Below are positions 1 to 13,640 of a DNA stretch of 64,000 nt, one piece after another. Both the position numbers and the translations under genes were made by a program. Origin of the DNA: Camelus ferus (lineage: Eukaryota); assembly GCF_009834535.1 (NCBI RefSeq), contig NC_045696.1:33668001-33732000 (forward strand). Reading direction: 5' to 3'. The notes beneath the pieces were generated by a model, which saw only the letters and a list, made by a program, of their open reading frames with translations, was not told the DNA's origin and searched no databases. Every line of letters starts with the position of its first letter. Position 1 is the stretch's first letter.

Positions 1-714
1 ACACTTGTCACAACATAAGCAACTTCAGTATGAATAAAATGCTTTTTTGGTAATATAAATAAATATATTCTTGCAGACGGGGCTCACTAATAGTTAATTA
101 TTCATACAGACAAGCCTCTGTAGTGGAATTTGTGAGGTTTATAAGTATATTTTAATGTCACTTCAACAAATGTACTTCTGTAACCAGAGAATAAGATTAT
201 GGAGATGGCTTGCTATGGGTTTCAGAACTACTTGAAAAATGAAATACATTCTGTTTTTTTCTATAAAGCATGTTTATATTTTAAGTTTACTATTAACATT
301 ATTATTTGTAACCTCATTGTTTTCTTTTACTCTAGCTATAAATATTATTTTCATCTTTAATCTTGAGCAGGGTAGTCTTTTCCCCTCAGACGTACCTATG
401 TACTCTATCAGAGAGTGAATAATTTTTATTGCCATCTATGAGAAATAAAGCACTACATTTAATTTCCCCAGGTAAAGTCATATAGTAAAGGCAAATTTTA
501 TTACAGCCTGTATTTAGAACTTAAACTACTAGTTCTTTGTTAATAGCATTACTGTTGTTTTTGTCTGTCTTTAAAACCCAACATCCATATAGGAAATCTT
601 AATGTTACCCTTATATTCCTTTCAATGAAATCTACACATCTTGAAGATTACACGCACACACACAAACACATAATGTCTCTGTAGTTGACAACCTCATCTG
701 AATATATGTCAACA

Positions 715-940
715 TGTAGCATTGTGAGCTAGATCTGTGATAGCAAATCTAAACTAGAATCCTATATTCTCCATTTATGATTTGTTTTTCCTTTTGCAAG
801 CTACTAAATCTTTCCAAGTTTTGGAATTCTTTACTGTTCAATGGGATTTTTACCCAGGACCCTGTGAAGATTTAGGGAGACAACACATCAAAAGGGTAAT
901 ATACTAGTACTAGGTAAGCACTTGCTATATTTTAACTATT
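715..940 (+). mobile_element. MIR SINE fragment (degraded)
   Basis: Weak resemblance to the MIR core and tail (…gcaagctactaaatctttcc…gtgaagatttaggg…gtaagcacttgct). Boundaries approximate. Confidence 0.55.
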
Positions 941-2635
941 ACTTTGTTCTGATATCTTTCATATCAATATAATTTCAAATGGAAGATAAGGATATGCATA
1001 TAAGTATGTGTGTCTTTGTAAAAAATACATACCACAGTTTAAGAAGGTATAATGATGAATATCACAAGGAAATCTAAACAGGCTCTAGGTATTTCAACAC
1101 GAGATCATTTTAAATTGATATTTTCTGAAAAGGTTCCATGAATGAATAACATCCCTCCTAGTCACTGAATCAGATTTACACTTCTTTTATTAAAATAAAA
1201 TATATGGATAATTGATTTGATACACAAAGGTATACTTTCAATATACTAGAACTAGTACATATTTTTGAATCAATATGGATTTAATTCAATGTACATAAGC
1301 TTTATAATTTAATTCTCTATTATATTTGAGCCCTCCAGGTGTGTTTGAGAAGCAAAGTGCAATTGTTTTTAAAAGTCACCGGTTAAAAAGTATGCGAAAT
1401 ACTTTTTAGAAAACATTTCAATTGGTTGCTGCACAGATAATAACCTTCAGCATGTGGTCGTGAATTAAATGCAAAATAACATCAGGAGCCCTGCTTCAAG
1501 AAATAATTAGACCTTCTGCAGAGTCATTCAGTAAAATTACATTATTGTGTTCAACTGAGAGGAGCTGTGTAGAATTGTATTTGTAAAATATAATTGCAGG
1601 GACAGCTGGCCTGAAAAAGGAAGAATCTTAATAATATATGTTGCTGAGGTGGTTGGTTATTTACTGCCCATTATAAGAATGGTTGATAAGAAGAACAGTC
1701 ACTGTTACATGGGAAACAGAAATTAATTCAGGAAAATAATGATGTAGCTTCTCATGTAGTTTAACTGAATTTTAAAGCGAAATGTATTATGTGCCTTGGA
1801 AGCAACATGCCTGGAGGATTTGTGCTTCTTGCTCCCACTCCTGAAGCTTCAAATCATCTATGTGGTCTTTCCCAGTTGGCTTCTTTTATTTTCTTAACTT
1901 CCCTCTTGTAATGTAAACATGGGAAAGAGAAAGTGGTAGAAGAACAAAGGATAAGCATACAAAATAGCTCCACTCCCTCTGCATAAAGCTTTAATAGGGA
2001 AATGGTACCACACTGAGACTTTATGAATAGATTGATAATAGTGCCTTCATTTAAACCAAATGGGGAGCCACCGTATTATGTTTTGCCATTTTAAAGTCAA
2101 TTTCATTTTTACTTAAAGGCCTTCTAGATCTTTTTTCCACCCTTTGTCAAATAGGACAATTAATTTTATCAACATAAGCTTTCAGTGGCATTGTAAACTC
2201 ACATGTGCTAAAATAAATGTCTTGACACACTCAGGATCATGAATTATACAGAGGATCACATGAAATATGGGGGCTGGTATTTCATATACAATTTACTGTC
2301 ATGTAAATTAAACACAAATCAAGAACGACAAAGAAAAAAATCTGGTTGATTGATAACTAACTCCAGAGAGAACTATAAGTTTTAATGTAACATTTAAAAG
2401 TAAGTTAATTTTTAAATGGCTCTTGACTACACAAATAAATACCCAGTAAATATTTGTAGTAATTATCACTAATAGAGAAACACTTCTAAGTGAATATTAT
2501 TAATCATTTATTGAAAGCTAAAATTTTCTGTAGACAATATCAGAATATTTTTCTCTTAAAATATTGGGGTGATGTAGTTTTATTTGTAAAACCAAAGTTT
2601 GTAATTTTCAGGTAAAATATCTGAAGACAAAGTTT

Positions 2636-2865
2636 TAATTCTTCAGCAAATATTTATTGAGGCTACTGTATGCCAGTCACTGTTCTAGGCAATAAACAAA
2701 ATCCAGTACACTCAGGGAAGTGATAGGCAAAATTGAAGGTGGACGTTTGTAATGTCAGTAGCAATAAATGTAATAAGAAAAATTAAGTAAAATAAAAGGA
2801 TCCATGAAGGAAGGACAAATAGGTTGGTCAGGGAAAGCCTCTTTGAAGAGGTGACATTTAAGCAG
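2636..2865 (-). mobile_element. L2 LINE 3' end
   Basis: cagcaaatatttattgaggctactgtatgccag…ggtcagggaaagcctctttgaagaggtgacatttaagc is the reverse complement of the L2 3' terminus. Confidence 0.8.
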
Positions 2866-3099
2866 CTTTCCATCTTTTATTCTTTTTTTTTCTTTTAGAA
2901 TTCTTTCATATTTTTATTATTCTGAAATCAAGGAGAAGCCAAAGCTGACAGAAAATTGTAAGATATAAATAGAGGAACTTTGCTTTATTTATTATAAGGA
3001 ACCAAATTAGATCCTATATATGGCTGAATTTCACAGAAATGCTTTTATTTTATTAACTCCACTTATGCAGAAATGTGATATAATTGAAGCAGTGGGAGA

Positions 3100-4145
3100 T
3101 ATTTAGAACCAATTTTTCATTTATTATATCTCACGATCTTATGGACCAAGAATTCAGGCAGAGCTCAGCCAGGCTATTCTGTTCTGCATGGTTTTGACTA
3201 AGGCCACCCTGGTATTCAGCAGTAGACAGCATGCTCTGAAAGGTCCACTGTATCTTCATTCACACACATGGAGCCTTGGCAGGAATTACGATAAGGTAGA
3301 GTTTGGCCAGGGGCTGCCTGTCAGCATGGAAGTCTTAGGGTCATCAGAATCCTTACATGGTAGCTTAGGTAACCGAGAGAGTGTTCCAGGAAACAGTAAG
3401 TAGGGATTCCTAGTCTCTTAAGATCCAGACCTGCCCACAGCATCGTTGTGGCTGTATGTTATTGATCAAAGTGAGACAAGAGAGAAGGGGGCAAAGATCA
3501 GCCACTAAAAGAATGACACAGCCATTGTGGATAGGACAAATACTGATCAGAAGCAGCTAGGCCCAAGATGGACAAAGATTCGACTTCCTGTGGACCTTGG
3601 GTTTATTATACACTCATTTTAATATATTAGCATGCTGACTGACACACCCACAGGCACCATGACAGTTCCCAGACTGACCATAACAGGCCAAAAAGTGGGT
3701 GGTGGCTCAATTCCTGGAAATCCCTACCCCTTCTCCCAAATAGTTGGAATAATACTCCCATTTGTTAGCATATGAAATTACCCAGACCATAAAAGCTAAC
3801 CAGCCCCACAACCCTAGGACCTTTCTCACTTTCCCAGATGACTACCTTGCCCTGGGGCTGCCTTCCCTTCTGAAATGGACTGCATTCTGTCTGGAATGTG
3901 TAGCTCTCTAAATAAATTTGTTCTCACTTTATCATGGCTTTTTCTTGAATTCTTTCCTGTGTGAAGCCAAGAACCCCCACTTGGCAGGGCACATCCCAGG
4001 GACTCGTCTGAGACCTGGGACATGACCATGCTCTCATGCCCCATTTTCATGCGATGAAAGCAATCACAGTGCTCACTCAGATTCATAGTCTGTAATTCTT
4101 CATGGGAGTAGAGCCAAAGAGTTTGTGGCTATTGTTAATCTTACA
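3100..4145 (-). mobile_element. MaLR MLT1-type LTR, split by a younger ERV LTR
   Basis: tttattatatctcacgatcttatggaccaagaattcaggcagagctcagc… and the end …gccaaagagtttgtggctattgttaatcttaca match reversed MLT1. The sequence rejoins across the insert as gatcaaag|caatcacag. Confidence 0.7.
3472..4056 (+). mobile_element. ERV1-type solo LTR
   Basis: Starts TGAGA, has AATAAA at 3911-3916 and an LTR-like U5, and is flanked by a 4-bp TSD AAAG (3468-3471 / 4057-4060). Family not determined. Confidence 0.75.
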
Positions 4146-4999
4146 AAACTTACTCAAAAACAATGATTATAAGCAAACTCACCTAAAGTGCTTGGATAGT
4201 TCTACAGGATTTGTTGCATTTTTGTTCGTGTGTGTATTAGTATTTGAACCAAGCTGAAAATAATATAGGCATCATGAGAATATTGCATTTTCACAACTGT
4301 ATACTCTAGAACCCATATATTAAAATCCAGTCAGAGAAACATTATTGACATGAATCTGTGAAATGCAGCAAAAGTTAATGTACTACTGGTATTTCTCTTA
4401 TAAAAAGGGCTTTATATATGGCTTATTTTCATCTCAGTATTGATTTTAGCATCTTTCAATTATTACATAAAAGATACAATGACCACTCACTGGGACATAA
4501 TAATCTTCCTCATTTTTAAATTTCCACTGAAAAAAAACCGCAATAATTTTGATGCCCCATTTGACTTAAAGGCTGTGTTGTATCTGCTTGAGAATTAATT
4601 TGCCAACCATTCTTTTGGTGGCCTGAGCTGTCATTCCAAACAGTATGGTCTCTGCTTCTGAGGTCTTCTTTTACAGAAAACTCTAAGTTCCAAGCCAGTT
4701 ACTCACTCAACCAGTTTCAACAATGTAATAAAAACCATCCTACTTTTCTCCCAAACTGTGGTACATTTTTTAATTCACTTTCATTCATTAGGTCTACTTT
4801 AATAGGACAGACAAGATCACTTGGAATATCTGCTATAGCCATGGAAATCCTTAATTTGGGAAACCGTTAAGGACTTACAATAATTGAGATCCAACGGTAG
4901 CTATGAGTTAATATTTTTAAATTATTTTTCCACTTTATCTACAATAGTTAAATTTGCCTAACTTTTACTATGATATTATAACTTCGTTAAATTAACATT

Positions 5000-5487
5000 T
5001 GTTAAGTGGAGCACAGGGTGCTGAATGGTGGGCTATGATTCAACTACAGACCACAAGAGAATTAACTAGAGAAGGTTATTACTCACAGGTCCTGGGGAAG
5101 TACATGGCATTCTCAATAAATTACATGGTGAGGTGAAGGCAGAGTGCAGGGAGAGAAAGAGGCAGGCCTTGGGGCATGTGACTTTATTAGGGTTCCTGGG
5201 TAGAGTGCTTTGGGGTTTCCAGGCTAAGGCAGGATTGGTCAATTCAATTTAAAGGGTGGGATTTTGGTAAACTCCACTGGGGGTATCTTCCAAGGGGAGC
5301 AGAAAGAGAAGGCACTGAGAGGTGGGGAAGACTGTTGATCACAAGGAGTGTTGGGGAAGTATTATCAGAAATGTAATTTACTTGTGACTCTGTAGATTGA
5401 TATCAGCTTAAGACTCCTACAGGCCATTAACTACACAAAACGGATGCAGAGGCAACACCATGGAGCAGCTTAGCTAAATTCTCAACA
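5000..5487 (-). mobile_element. Solo LTR, probably ERVL class
   Basis: TGTTAAG…CTCAACA inverted termini, 488 bp, GC-richer than the flanks, minus-strand AATAAA near 5184. No TSD visible. Confidence 0.6.
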
Positions 5488-6400
5488 GAGAGCTTAAATA
5501 TGAGCACGTACAATTGTAGAGCAGTTTTGGCTCCACTCTACCAGTTTTTTGAATTATCTAAATTCTGGTCTGTTTTGACAGCAAGATTTATATTTTTCCT
5601 GGAATCACTTGAGATCAGACAGGGATTCCTATTTCCTTATATTCAGGTAAGTCTGAAGATAGCTCTGTGCACTATTAAGCTGGGTGCGACACACTTGCTT
5701 TAAAGATTTTCTTTTATTTGTATCCATACGAAGTTCTTCTAACACTAGGTGTGATTAGAATCTATATTAATTAGATAGGATCTGTCAATACCTAACTTCT
5801 TATCATTTATTTTTAAGGTAAAGGACCTGGAAGATATCTGTCTGCATGAATTGGAAAGCAAAAATTCCCCTTGTGTTTTTGTTCATTAAACACACAAAAA
5901 TTACTCAAAAATTGACCCAAGATACTGCTAGTTGAAATGAATTAAAAAGGAAACTGCTTTCCTTTCTCCTTGTGCTGGTCTCATGGAACAGTCTCATTTA
6001 CTCTTTAAAATATGTCTCTAAAGTTTGACCTTGGTCAGAAAGTTGAGTCAACATAGTCTGTTCTGTTTGAATTGGGTGGGTCTGCTGGCCAACTTCTCAT
6101 TTGGCATTCACAGACTCAAATTGGTCCTACAATTAATTAATAACCACTTTAATTCCTTTCTTGAAAAGCATGATAAAAACTGTATCTCAACACTTAAATG
6201 TCTAGCATTTATGCCATATAATCAGTTGGAGATGAGAATAATATCGGCCCGACTTGATGTCACTATTACAGGAATATCTGGGTCTAGATATTTGGGAATA
6301 CTTGAAAGACTAACTCAACATTTTGGTTTCTGTTTTTCTGTTTTTTTCAAATTCTTTCTCTTTTTTTTCCCCTGGGCTTTTAGCATTAGATAAGTCTAAC

Positions 6401-6903
6401 TGCAACAGAGAACAAACCTGTCCATATTGGATCCATTTCTTTAGCTCTAACCCTTGTGCTCTGTTGCCCATACATAGGCAAGCTGGCTCTGCATTTTTGT
6501 AAAAGAATGTTGTCTACAACCTGAAATATAAATGATAGCCCATTCTTGAGGCTCTGGTCTTTAAAGGTATAACACTTTTCCATCCATATAGAGATAAAAA
6601 GTTTCAAAATAGAGAATAACATTTTTTCTGTTGGAGGTTTACAGGAACATGGTGACCAGACCTGCTTGGATGGCTGCAAAGACAAAGGATTCCTGCACCA
6701 AAAAGTCTGCAACAACTGGCCACACCCTCTCCCCTTTTAGTATTAAAGCCTGAATTCTACCTCGGGTAAGATGGTTCTTTAGGACCCTAGTCTGCCTTCT
6801 CAGTCTGCTGGCTTTCCTAATAAAGTCACTATTATTCTTTCCCCAACACCTAGTCTCTCCATTTATTGGCCTGTTGTGCAGTAGGAGCTTGGACTTGGTA
6901 ACA
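6401..6903 (+). mobile_element. MER41-like ERV1 solo LTR (copy 1)
   Basis: TG…GGTAACA termini, AATAAA at 6819-6824, MER41-like end (ggacttggtaaca), TSD taac/taat. Colinear with the copy at 18630-19161. Confidence 0.8.
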
Positions 6904-7084
6904 TAATTAGAGATGATCTGATAGCAAATAATTTTTATAGAAAGCACTCATAGCATTGAGCAACTTACAGGAAGCCTTCATAGCACTGAGTGTTCCTTTA
7001 GACTTACCAATTTTATTTTCTAGAAGCCAAAGGTAATTTTTATAGCCATGGATACATGAAATAAGAAAGAGATGAAAAATAAGA

Positions 7085-7310
7085 GCTAATTCTTATGGAG
7101 GTGTTACTCTTAAGTGCTTCTTTGTGTATTAACTAATTTCGTCTTTGTGCCACCCCTATCAGAAAGTTTTGTTTTTGTTTTTGTTTTTGTTTTTGAGGGG
7201 AATAAGAATTCATTCCCAAATAGAGATGGGGACCCAGAGCAGATCAAAAAGCCAGCAAATGGTAGAAGCAGGATTTGAAGTCAGGCTGTTCAGCTTGTCT
7301 GGTCCTTAAC
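7085..7310 (-). mobile_element. MIR fragment containing a (GTTTTT)n microsatellite (~7146-7195)
   Basis: Reversed MIR motifs (…gcaaatggtagaagcaggatttgaagtcaggct). Confidence 0.6.
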
Positions 7311-8454
7311 TGATTTGTTCTTCCTTTCTACATTAGATTTAGGAAGAAACCATTTGTAAAAACTCAGTCAGCCTTAAGATAAGTCATAACAGAACCAACA
7401 TATTCAAAATTGCTTGGCATGAATCATTACGTAGTTTTCATAATGATTATGTAAATATATGTCATATTTTAGAGGGGAATGTTCTTATGATTACTCTATT
7501 TTAAAATAAAATTTTCCTTTTAGGTTTACCTCGATTTGAGGAGTTCTAGAATTTAAAAAAAAGGGTCAAATTGCATTCTAGAATTTATTTTTTCTAAATT
7601 AATGTTCTGCTCTCAGTGACCGCTTGAAGATAATCCAGAAAGAACTGGGGTGGGGGCATCTTTAAAAGGTAGAAGTATTTCATGTATTTTGGTGTTCAAC
7701 AACATGGACTTTTAAGTGACTGAAATCTTCCTAAGAAAAGTAAAAAACTCTGATGTCAAAACAATAATTGCTTTTCTTATATTTTAACTGGACATAGTAC
7801 TTAAGTGAATTTTGGGCTTATAGGTAGATCAAACATAACAGTATTAGGTATATAACAAAATTTACTTTAGGGAATTTCTAAGATGACGTTAAAATTGCTT
7901 AAAGATATTTATATATGAGTACTTATAGATCATGGAACTATTTCTTAAATATAACAATAGAAATATTAAGATAATTTTTTATCCAAGTAGCTCTTTTTTA
8001 TAACTTGTTAAATAGAACTTTTCTTATGAAATTAAAAATTTAGCACATCAGCAAAATATGCTTGCTAACAGCTAGCATGTATGAATTGACTAGAACATTT
8101 AACTTAAATTTCTATTACACAGTGTGATTTTTCTTCTCTGACACTCAAAGGTTTGGACTTACTAAAGCATAAACTCAAGACATTTCTCTTTGAAGAAAAT
8201 AATAACTAGACCCCCAAATAGGTCCTCCTTATGATCTCTTTAGGAGTAAACAGTTTTTCCTCACTGTTTAGTTTTAACAATGACCCCATTTGGTCAGTGA
8301 ATCAATAAATACAGAGATTATAACTTCTGTGGATATCTTAAAAGATTCGATGCTAGGTCTGGATGTTAAAAAAAGCAAGAGTGTTTGAGTCATTATCTTG
8401 GCATTGTTTGGTGAGAACATCAGAAGTTCCCTGAGACTGGGCCCATATGGTTTT

Positions 8455-8540
8455 CATCTGGAGTCCAGCACACTTTCTGACACATAGTAGGCAGTTAAAA
8501 ATGTTTTTTGAATGGAAAAATGACTGAATGGCTGAATGTA
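8455..8540 (+). mobile_element. L2 3' tail
   Basis: ctgacacatagtaggcagttaaaaatgttttttgaatg…tgaatg. Confidence 0.65.
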
Positions 8541-11500
8541 CTAAAGTGTTCCTGCTTAGCATTTAGAGGTTATTTTTAAAACTGTTAGAGTGACGAATAC
8601 ACTCATTGAAAACAGCAGAAAATATTTTCCTTTCACAAATCTCCAAGGATTTTTGATAGGTATGTTAGTTGCCCAGTGTGCCAAAAGCTTGAGTCACTGT
8701 TCTCTTTTTAACACAAGCACCATGGAAGTCTTTGGGTAAATCTCAAAGAACTTCAGTTTGGACGTCCAACTGTTCTCTTTGCGGAAATGTTAATTTCCAT
8801 GTACAATTTTCCATTTTTAAAAATATCATTAATAGTTTTTATGCATGATGCCTGATAGTTCTAAGCAATTTTTCGTAAAACAATTCTGCCTATTAAATAT
8901 TATTCAACAATTATCTTATTGTACATAAACTGCACAACAAACCAAAGATATAGGTATTATAATTATTATTCCTATTAAACTAGGCCTAGAGATGTTAAGG
9001 AATCTGCCCTACTTTATCACACTTGACGGATTCTAAATTGTTGCCAATATACTATGGTCTTTGACAAGGCTATTTTTTCTGACATTGTAGTATGTGTATG
9101 CACCACATTCACTGCTTTAGTGTATATACTTTTTAAAATAATTTGTTCCTACGTTATGTATAATTAATTTAGACCCCTTGCTTTAGCAAATTCATTTCTT
9201 TTATTCTAGAATCAAAAAGCACATGGCTGGAAATGTCAATTTTTTTGAAGTATTTTACACAAACAATATAATTTATTTTTAATGTTCTAAAATCTATAGC
9301 ATTTTCTTTTACTTTTCCACATTCTTAAGGGTATATGCCCAGAGATATAAAAACCTAAAAAATAAAGACAAACTTATTTCCATATGTAAATGCTCTGATT
9401 TGTTTTGTTTTCCTGCTTCCCAAAGTGCTTGGAGTCATGCTTGGACATGTCTAATTGTTTATGATACTCTAGTGTTTTTCAGGCAAAGAAAAGTTTCTTT
9501 TTTTTTTTTTCATACTGTTATTTTACTAATGCAAGTCAATTCACCGCTAAAAATCTTACAGGAAAGACTGAAAGAAGGAACAAATTTGAAACCATTATTG
9601 CACAGAAATGAGTAGAAAACACATGTATTTAAATCACCAAAAAAAGTGCTCATATTACTGCTTCAATTGGGACAATCCAGATATGACTAGTGATGGAACA
9701 GACTCTCTGAGAGCCGTAATTGTGTTCCTATTATGTCATTTGGATGCTCTTAGCTGCTTGTGTATCTGGGAGCCACATCATGCCCATAGAACAGACTGTC
9801 TCTTGTCAAAAGCAGCAGCACTATAATATATTCTCCATAAAAAGAGAGGCAAAGTACTGCCATGTTGGCATCTTTATTATTTTTATAGTTGCTTCTATTT
9901 TCAAAGTTGAACATTCATCAGGGTGATTATTATAGCCAAAGCAACAGAAATAACTATACAAATCAAAAGTTATTTTTATTATTGTAGAAATGGAACAACT
10001 GATTTAGGGGCTTAATATAAAGCTCTATGATAACACTCTTCATTTCTATATTTTTCTTTAGACTGTCTAGATGGACAAATAAATTGACCACTTTAATCAA
10101 TAGGTAACATATTTATAAGTCAGTATAATTCATAAATGTACATGGAAGGATTTCCCTGATTATGTGTACAGATCATCAATCCCTATCTCAGTCCATTTCC
10201 ATGTTTGTTAAGTAAATTAGGGAATAATGAACTAAGCCCACCTCAGCTGTTTGTAAGAAAGCCAAATCAATGACGTGGTGAGATCATAATGGGAGACCAC
10301 GATACTCATTCGAATATTACAGGTACTAAAAGAGAGAGAAAATCTTTCCCTTATTTTAATGATTGATGTTTATTATTGGCATAATTTGAGGATTATTGAT
10401 TTAGGAGTCAGAGGCCTGGTTGGTTTGGCCATGCAATACTGCGTGACCTGTTGCCAATAGATTCAACCACATTAGGTACTAATTTCCTCATGGAGACTAT
10501 CACAACTTTCTTTGACTCATTACTCAGTGACTAACAATAAATACCACACACTACCCCAAAAAACAAAGTGTTGTAAAAAACTGCAAAGAGCCTTACTAAT
10601 AGATTTTTCCTAGTAATATAAAATTAAAAACTGTCTGGAATTTACCTTGTTTAGATGGAATCCTAACCCCCAGTAGCCTGCTCCTTTTTGAATCTTCAGA
10701 ATTTTCCATGTCTACCCCAAAAATAGTGAATGGAAATTTCCTTGATGAGTGTACAGATCATAGAGATGAATAAGACAAATATGCACCTGTCATTAAATCA
10801 GATGACTGATGACTAGCCATCATCCCAGATTGCCTGAGGTCTCATGTACTCAAACCAACCATCGGTAATCTTATGTATGTGTGTGTTACGAGCATGAGCT
10901 CAGGTGTACTTGTGTCTGTATTTTAGTCTTTATAATAAACAATTATTATCCCTTCAACAAAATACGCAAATGTTCAGCTCCTGAGTAATCCACTGCATGC
11001 TGCAACTATTTAAGTCAATACTCTACATCTTAGAGGAAACCTTTCAAACAAGGAAAATAGATTTATGCTTCCCATAAGACAGCAGAGCTGAAAGAATATA
11101 CAGAAGAAACAACTAGCTTGTCCAAAAGGACTAGTATTAAAAAGACACACATTTTGTGTTATAATGTAGAAATGATGAATGATACGTCTGGTAGATGGCT
11201 CAGATGACAAGAGGAAGCATATCTGACAGCTACAATATTGAGACCAATTAGACAAAATGGGACAGCAGTGCCTAATGGACAGCACACATCTGTTGTTACA
11301 ATGTGACGTACTCTGTGGAACTTGAGAATTACACAAGAAAGTGTAGGGGAATTTCACACACTCTGTCTCTAGTTGATATTTCAGCTGCAGAGACACCATA
11401 AACCTGTTTTGTTGCTAGAGTGATAACACTCCACACAAAATTCTAAGTATCACTAAATGAATATAGTGATTTTCGGAAAGAAAAAAAAAAGTTGTGTGTT

Positions 11501-12432
11501 CAAGAAAGAAATAATTTTGTTTTCCAAGTAGTTAACTAAAAGAATTTATAGTATTTCTTTTGCTACAAAAGTCGATTCAGTTTTGAGATATAAAAATAAA
11601 ATTTAGTAATACAAATGGCAAGAAACTAATTTATGATCACCACATAGACAGGTACTCTATTTTTACTAAGAAATTAAAGAATGAAGTGTTTAGGTTGTAC
11701 TGGGCTTCAGCAGCTGTGACTGTTACCATAATCAGCTATCTAATTATGTTGGAATGGTACAATTTTTTTTTATGTTTAACAGCTTAATTGTCAAGATAAC
11801 CAAATTAGCACAACTAGAGATTTGAAAATGAAAGTAACAGTGCAAACATTTTTAGAACAATATATGTGTATATTTTTTGTAAACTAATGTAAAACTAATT
11901 TTAGTATTATCTATTATTCAGTTTCAAATACATCTATCTACTTTCCTATTGAAGAGTTATGACTGAAAATAGATTAAGGACCCTTTCTTCAATCAGAACA
12001 ATTAACCCAAGAAACTCTTCAATTACCGCGTCTAGTTTTAAAATAAACCACAATGCAGTGAACAAATATGATAACTAAATTTTGAACCTATATTCTAAAA
12101 CCTCTGATATATATTTTCTCTGATGTTAGGAACAATGAAATTAAACTTAAGAAATATATTTAAGAAATATACAAAAAATATGTTGCAGTATTTTCTTATA
12201 TAAAAAAATTGGCAAATAATGTTTACTATGAAGTCTATAAGGGCATTTGGTATGATCTCCATCATATCATTATTTTTTTTCAGCGTGCTTGCAAGTTTCC
12301 CTAAGTTACACATGCTATTTGATAAAAAGAAAAATAGGCAAACTTAGTAGCATAATTGGAAATGAATGGGTCAGCATGTGTGGCTGTAATATAGAATATT
12401 TGAGGAGTAAAGCAAGTAAAGCATCATGGTTT

Positions 12433-12577
12433 AGATGTGTTACTCTCAAACTTCAGTGCACATCAGAATCACTCAGTAGTGATTCTTGACCGGGCACAGA
12501 ATTTTTATGTTCCATCAAGTGACCAGGTGATGTTAATATTTCTCAATCAGGGAGAATACTTTGAGAACTACTAGTTT
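12433..12577. mobile_element. MER5-type hAT-Charlie MITE
   Basis: ctcaaacttcagtgcacatcagaatcac…ccaggtgatgtt…actttgagaactact is typical of the palindromic MER5A. Confidence 0.75.
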
Positions 12578-13487
12578 AGGGGCATATGAGTTGCTAATTT
12601 TGTTTCTGAATTTAAGTTAATTAGAGAATGTAAAAATTTTTATTGTTTATAATTAGTAGAACAAGATGTTCAATTTTGGCCTACAATGTTAAAATCCTAT
12701 AAGTGAAAGAGTAATTGAATATAAGCCTAAAGGGTCTATTGAGAACAGATTTGTTACAATGGAGTCTGCAGTTCATATGACTGCATAATGGAGTGCCTGC
12801 TTAAAGCCCTAAAGATGAAAGCACTGTTGATATTGGCATAAGACCAAGACACTCCTAAGAGCAATAATTAAAGCAACAATCAGTGCTTTGGTTGTAGTAA
12901 CATATCAACAATATACCCATAATAGAGATCGGAGCAGCAAAGCAACACCATGTGACATAAGCTAAAGAAGATGCTGTGTAAGAAGAGACAAAAGAAAGGT
13001 TTTTGAAGTCTCTATTTGGAGAGCTACTACAAATGGTCATGAATTGGTACACAGCTCAAGGGTGTCCAGCTGAAGTGGATGGAGGAGTTAAAGCCCACCT
13101 CCAATCCTGACACGCTGATACCTGACATTGTGGCAGGGGTGCAGTTTCATTTACAAAAATCGTCATTTGTCCAAATGGTACATCATTTTCTAATTCATCT
13201 CCCCTTCAGGAGTCTTTTTTTTTTTTTTTTTTTAAACCCAGTAAGCCAAGGAATTTAGGCCAATTTGTTAGTTCCTTCCTGAAATGTAGAAAGAAAGCAA
13301 CCACAATCACAATGCTGGTACTATAGTAGTTGGTTACATGACCTTAAGTGTTTTACCTTCTAGGCCACAGTTCTTGAAAACACGAATTGAAGTAGTTGAA
13401 GTGAGTAATCTCAAATGTTCTTTCACCTCTGAAGTTTTATAATCCTCGGTTTAAAATAAAAGAAGAGAGTACATAAATAGAAAAAGA

Positions 13488-13640
13488 CGAGCACTGATTC
13501 CAGGCAGATCTAGGTTCAAATACTCATTCAGAACACATTCTTACTGAATGACTTTGGAGGCATTATTTAATTTCACTGAGTTTCAGTTGACTCATTTGCA
13601 AAATAGAGAAAATAATTCCTGTTTCATAAGAGCAAGTGAA
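13488..13640 (+). mobile_element. MIR SINE
   Basis: aggttcaaatac…gactttggaggcattatttaatttcactgagtttcagttgactcatttgcaaaatag is the MIR core. Confidence 0.7.

Noticed and set aside
6386..6947. Overlapping ~100-aa ORFs, with similar ones at 18629-19167
   Set aside because: They lie within the two MER41-like LTRs; their mutual similarity reflects the repeat.
12462..12490. Hairpin tcagaatcact-cagt-agtgattcttga as a miRNA candidate
   Set aside because: Explained by the palindromic MER5 MITE and too short for a pre-miRNA.
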